Of a stretch of 64,000 nt of DNA, positions 61,280-64,000 are shown one piece after another (the first letter of the stretch is position 1; each line of letters begins with the position of its first letter). The stretch comes from Sulfurimonas sp. GTDB lineage: Bacteria > Campylobacterota > Campylobacteria > Campylobacterales > Sulfurimonadaceae. The position numbers were made by a program, and so were the translations under genes. The notes under the pieces were generated by a model. It was not told the origin of the DNA. It searched no databases and was given only the letters and a program-made list of their open reading frames with translations. Location of the stretch: assembly GCF_026196735.1 (NCBI RefSeq), contig NZ_JAPHUF010000021.1:6744-70743 (forward strand), given 5' to 3'.

Positions 61280-62032
61280 ATTATTAAGCACAATATTCCT
61301 AATACGAGTGAGTACAAGCTTTGCTCACTTCTTTTTGACACCACTACGAAAGACTATAATGCCAATCTACAAACACTTTTAAAGCTTATAGAAAAAAGAC
61401 CCGCTAAATCTTTAATCGTTGCACCTGAAGTGTGTTTGACTTCTTTTGATTATGATAATTTTGATGAAGTATTAGAGTTTGCACAAACTGCAAACAAAGC
61501 GCTAAAGAGAGCTTCAAAAGATAAGATTATTATACTAACCATGATGGAGAAAAGAGATGGTGAAGTTTTTAACTTTGCAAAAATCTTTCACAATGGTGAG
61601 ATTGTTTATGAACGCGCCAAAGCTAGACTTTTTCATTTTGGTGAAGAGCATAAGCATATGAGCGAAGGTTCGGATGAAGGCATTAAGATAGTTGAAATTG
61701 ACGACATTAAAATAGGAATACTTATCTGTTTTGAGCTTCGTTTTAAAGAGTTATGGCAAAAATTAGAAGGCTGTGATGTTATTGCGGTTCCATCTTGGTG
61801 GGGAGTTTTAAGAACTGAGCACTTCAAAGCGCTAACGCATTCTCTGGCAATAATAAACCAGTGTTATGTAGTTGCAAGTGACTCACTTAATGAAGAGTGT
61901 ACAAAGATGAGTGGGATAATAAGACCGCATGGCGAGGACGAAAGAAACGGGAATAAGCCTTGCTTGGAAGTGCCATATGACAAAAAAGAGATTATTAAAA
62001 TGAGACGATATATGGATGTAGGTATTGGATAG
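61280..62032 (+). CDS. Carbon-nitrogen hydrolase (nitrilase) family protein; start non-canonical or uncertain
   Basis: IVAPEVC (catalytic Glu), RAKARLF (Lys), ICFELRF (Cys); frame open from 61256 with no ATG/GTG/TTG before 61430. Confidence 0.75.
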   Translation: MIKHNIPNTSEYKLCSLLFDTTTKDYNANLQTLLKLIEKRPAKSLIVAPEVCLTSFDYDNFDEVLEFAQTANKALKRASKDKIIILTMMEKRDGEVFNFAKIFHNGEIVYERAKARLFHFGEEHKHMSEGSDEGIKIVEIDDIKIGILICFELRFKELWQKLEGCDVIAVPSWWGVLRTEHFKALTHSLAIINQCYVVASDSLNEECTKMSGIIRPHGEDERNGNKPCLEVPYDKKEIIKMRRYMDVGIG

Positions 62033-62663
62033 AATAACAGCAACAAAAACAGCACGACTTGCAGACGACTGCCATAAAATATTTTCACTTACCAAAGAAA
62101 TTAAAGATGCAATTTCTAAAACAAGAAGAGAAGAGTTTGTTCCTGCCGGTTTTAGACACAATGCATATAAGCTGGATGCTTTGCCTCTAAGTTCAGCTCA
62201 GTGGATTAGTTCTCCGCTTACAGTTGCTAAAATGACGCATTATTTAGAACCACAGGGTGCTGACCGAGTTTTAGAAGTCGGTTGTGGAAGCGGTTACCAA
62301 GCAGCCGTGCTTTCACATCTTTTTCGCGGTGTGTTTACTATTGAGAGAATTGAGTCACTTATGATTCAAGCAAAAAATAAATTTAAAAAACTTGGAATTC
62401 ATAATATTCATACAAGAACTGACGATGGACAAAACGGCTGGGTTCAATACGCTCCTTATGATAGAATTTTATTTTCGGCAACGGCAAAAGAGATACCGCA
62501 AAAACTTTTTGAGCAGTTGAGCGATGGAGGAATTTTAGTAGCCCCTATGCAAAAAGGAACGAAGCAGATAATAACTCGTTTTAGAAAAAGCGGAGATTCC
62601 TTGACAGAAGAAGAGTTAGAAGAGTGTGATTTTGTTCCTGTTTTGGACGGTGTTCAAAAGTGA
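62025..62663 (+). CDS. pcm: Protein-L-isoaspartate O-methyltransferase
   Basis: REEFVP, ISSPLTVA, VLEVGCGSGYQAAVL, APYDRI and FVPVL motifs. Confidence 0.95.
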   Translation: MDRITATKTARLADDCHKIFSLTKEIKDAISKTRREEFVPAGFRHNAYKLDALPLSSAQWISSPLTVAKMTHYLEPQGADRVLEVGCGSGYQAAVLSHLFRGVFTIERIESLMIQAKNKFKKLGIHNIHTRTDDGQNGWVQYAPYDRILFSATAKEIPQKLFEQLSDGGILVAPMQKGTKQIITRFRKSGDSLTEEELEECDFVPVLDGVQK

Positions 62664-63745
62664 AACAGATAAAACTGTTTCTTTTAACTCTTCTTATAAT
62701 TACAAGGCTTGAAGCTTCCTCAAACTTCGCAGAAGCCAATACCCTATACAAAGCCGGTAACTACAAAGAATCATTTAAAATATTTCAAGAGTTAGCAAAA
62801 GATGACCCAGATGCTGCTTATATGCTGGCATACATGTATGAGCATGGCGAAGGTTGCGAAATAGATAAAGAAGAAGCTTCAAAGTGGTATAAAATATCAG
62901 CTCAAGGTTATCATGAGCAGGGAATATATAACTCCAGCAAAGAGGTAGAAAAAAAAACAAAAAAAATATACTCATCATTGGATAGACTAGAAGATAGTCA
63001 AACGCAAGAGACAATAAGACAATATGTACAGTCTCTTTATAATTTTAAAGCCCACAATGCCAATTATTTTTTACCGATAAGCCATCGTTATGGCGGTGAT
63101 TACGCGGATACAAACGGACATGAAGCAAAAAATACAGAAACAGAGTTTCAATTTAGCGTAAAGTATGATTTTATTACAGATATTTTTCATTTTGGTGAGA
63201 TATATTCAGTAGCTTATACTCAAAAATCATTTTGGCAGTTTTACTCAAATTCTGCTTTTTTTAGAGAATCAAACTATAACCCTGAGTTTTTTGTTACATT
63301 TCCAACTTCGGAGCTTAGTGATGGAAGACTTATAAAAGCTGTGCGTGTAGGAATAGCGCATGAGTCAAACGGGCGGGGTTTAGATGAAGAGCGTTCATGG
63401 AACTATATCAGCGGCAGTTTATTTATGCAGTATAAAATGTTATTTGCAGAGTTGAAGCTTTGGGCGAGACTACCTGATATAACTGATTATAATCATGATT
63501 TGATAGACTATATGGGCCACGGTTATCTTAAATTTAGACTGCCGTATAAAAAACATTTTGCAGATTTGAAGTTGAGGCATAACTTTAAAAACAAAGGATC
63601 GGCAGAACTAAACTACAGCTATCCTGTTTTTGGTGGTGACAATCTTTTTTTATATGTAAAATTATTTAATGGATATGGCGAAAGTTTGATTGATTATGAC
63701 AATCACATAAAAAAGTTTGGTATAGGATTTAGTATATCTAGATAA
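62660..63745 (+). CDS. pldA: Outer-membrane phospholipase A with N-terminal Sel1-like repeat
   Basis: NYFLP, EFQFSVK, YTQKSFWQ, FRESNYNPE, HESNG catalytic motif, RSWN, GYGESLIDY; N-terminal LAYMYEHGEG..D.EEASKWY. Confidence 0.88.
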   Translation: MKQIKLFLLTLLIITRLEASSNFAEANTLYKAGNYKESFKIFQELAKDDPDAAYMLAYMYEHGEGCEIDKEEASKWYKISAQGYHEQGIYNSSKEVEKKTKKIYSSLDRLEDSQTQETIRQYVQSLYNFKAHNANYFLPISHRYGGDYADTNGHEAKNTETEFQFSVKYDFITDIFHFGEIYSVAYTQKSFWQFYSNSAFFRESNYNPEFFVTFPTSELSDGRLIKAVRVGIAHESNGRGLDEERSWNYISGSLFMQYKMLFAELKLWARLPDITDYNHDLIDYMGHGYLKFRLPYKKHFADLKLRHNFKNKGSAELNYSYPVFGGDNLFLYVKLFNGYGESLIDYDNHIKKFGIGFSISR

Positions 63746-63802
63746 TGGCTATTAATAAGCTTTTTATTGTAAAATAACATTAATATAAAGTAGGATAAGT
63801 TT

Positions 63803-64000
63803 ATGGAAGAGATTTACGGCATAAAATATTCAAAACCTGAAGTAGTCTTAATGCAAGATACCGGCATAGGTGTGGCAGAAGCGGCGGCTAGAACCTGTTA
63901 TGACTCATTTGAAAATAGCGAAAATGAATCGATAAAGCATATTGAAAACTATATGCCTGATAGTTCTACATGTCAAAAGATAAACTCTATAGAGGAGTCT
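63803..64000 (+). CDS. thyX: Probable FAD-dependent thymidylate synthase, 5' part (truncated by window edge)
   Basis: ...GVAEAAARTCYDS... resembles the ThyX N-terminal ARTCY motif; AGGA SD. Confidence 0.65.
   Translation, partial: MEEIYGIKYSKPEVVLMQDTGIGVAEAAARTCYDSFENSENESIKHIENYMPDSSTCQKINSIEES

Overview
This window is chromosomal DNA from an AT-rich Campylobacterota (epsilonproteobacterium), most similar in gene content to Sulfurimonas (SQR, SoxH-like MBL, rrc, thyX). It spans the replication origin: ruvC<-, oriC1, dnaA, oriC2 with DnaA-trios, dnaN, gyrB. Three near-consensus parS sites lie 11-15 kb to the left of dnaA. The rest is mostly housekeeping genes (secG, frr, pyrE, pyrG, recJ, folE, rnj, rsmA, hisF, rlmN, purB, nrdA/nrdB, gltA, queF, cca, typA, pcm). 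An accessory-looking block at 1.6-16.2 kb encodes an apparent Pseudomonas-type anabolic peptidoglycan-recycling pathway (NagZ, sodium:solute symporter, M15 peptidase, AnmK, AmgK, MurU, lytic transglycosylase, and a candidate MupP substitute). No rRNA, tRNA, CRISPR array, transposase, integrase or prophage was recognised. The most unusual observations are: (i) the recycling cluster; (ii) a 76-nt intergenic repeat in two copies with compensatory stem changes; (iii) an 84-bp inverted-duplicated module of parS plus a second palindrome; (iv) a distal DnaA-box cluster beside a parS site; (v) a parS site written into a pseudouridine synthase coding motif; (vi) an unannotated 47-aa four-Cys microprotein; and (vii) a nitrilase-family gene with no canonical start codon upstream of its catalytic Glu. 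All calls come from motif recognition by eye; no database searches were run.
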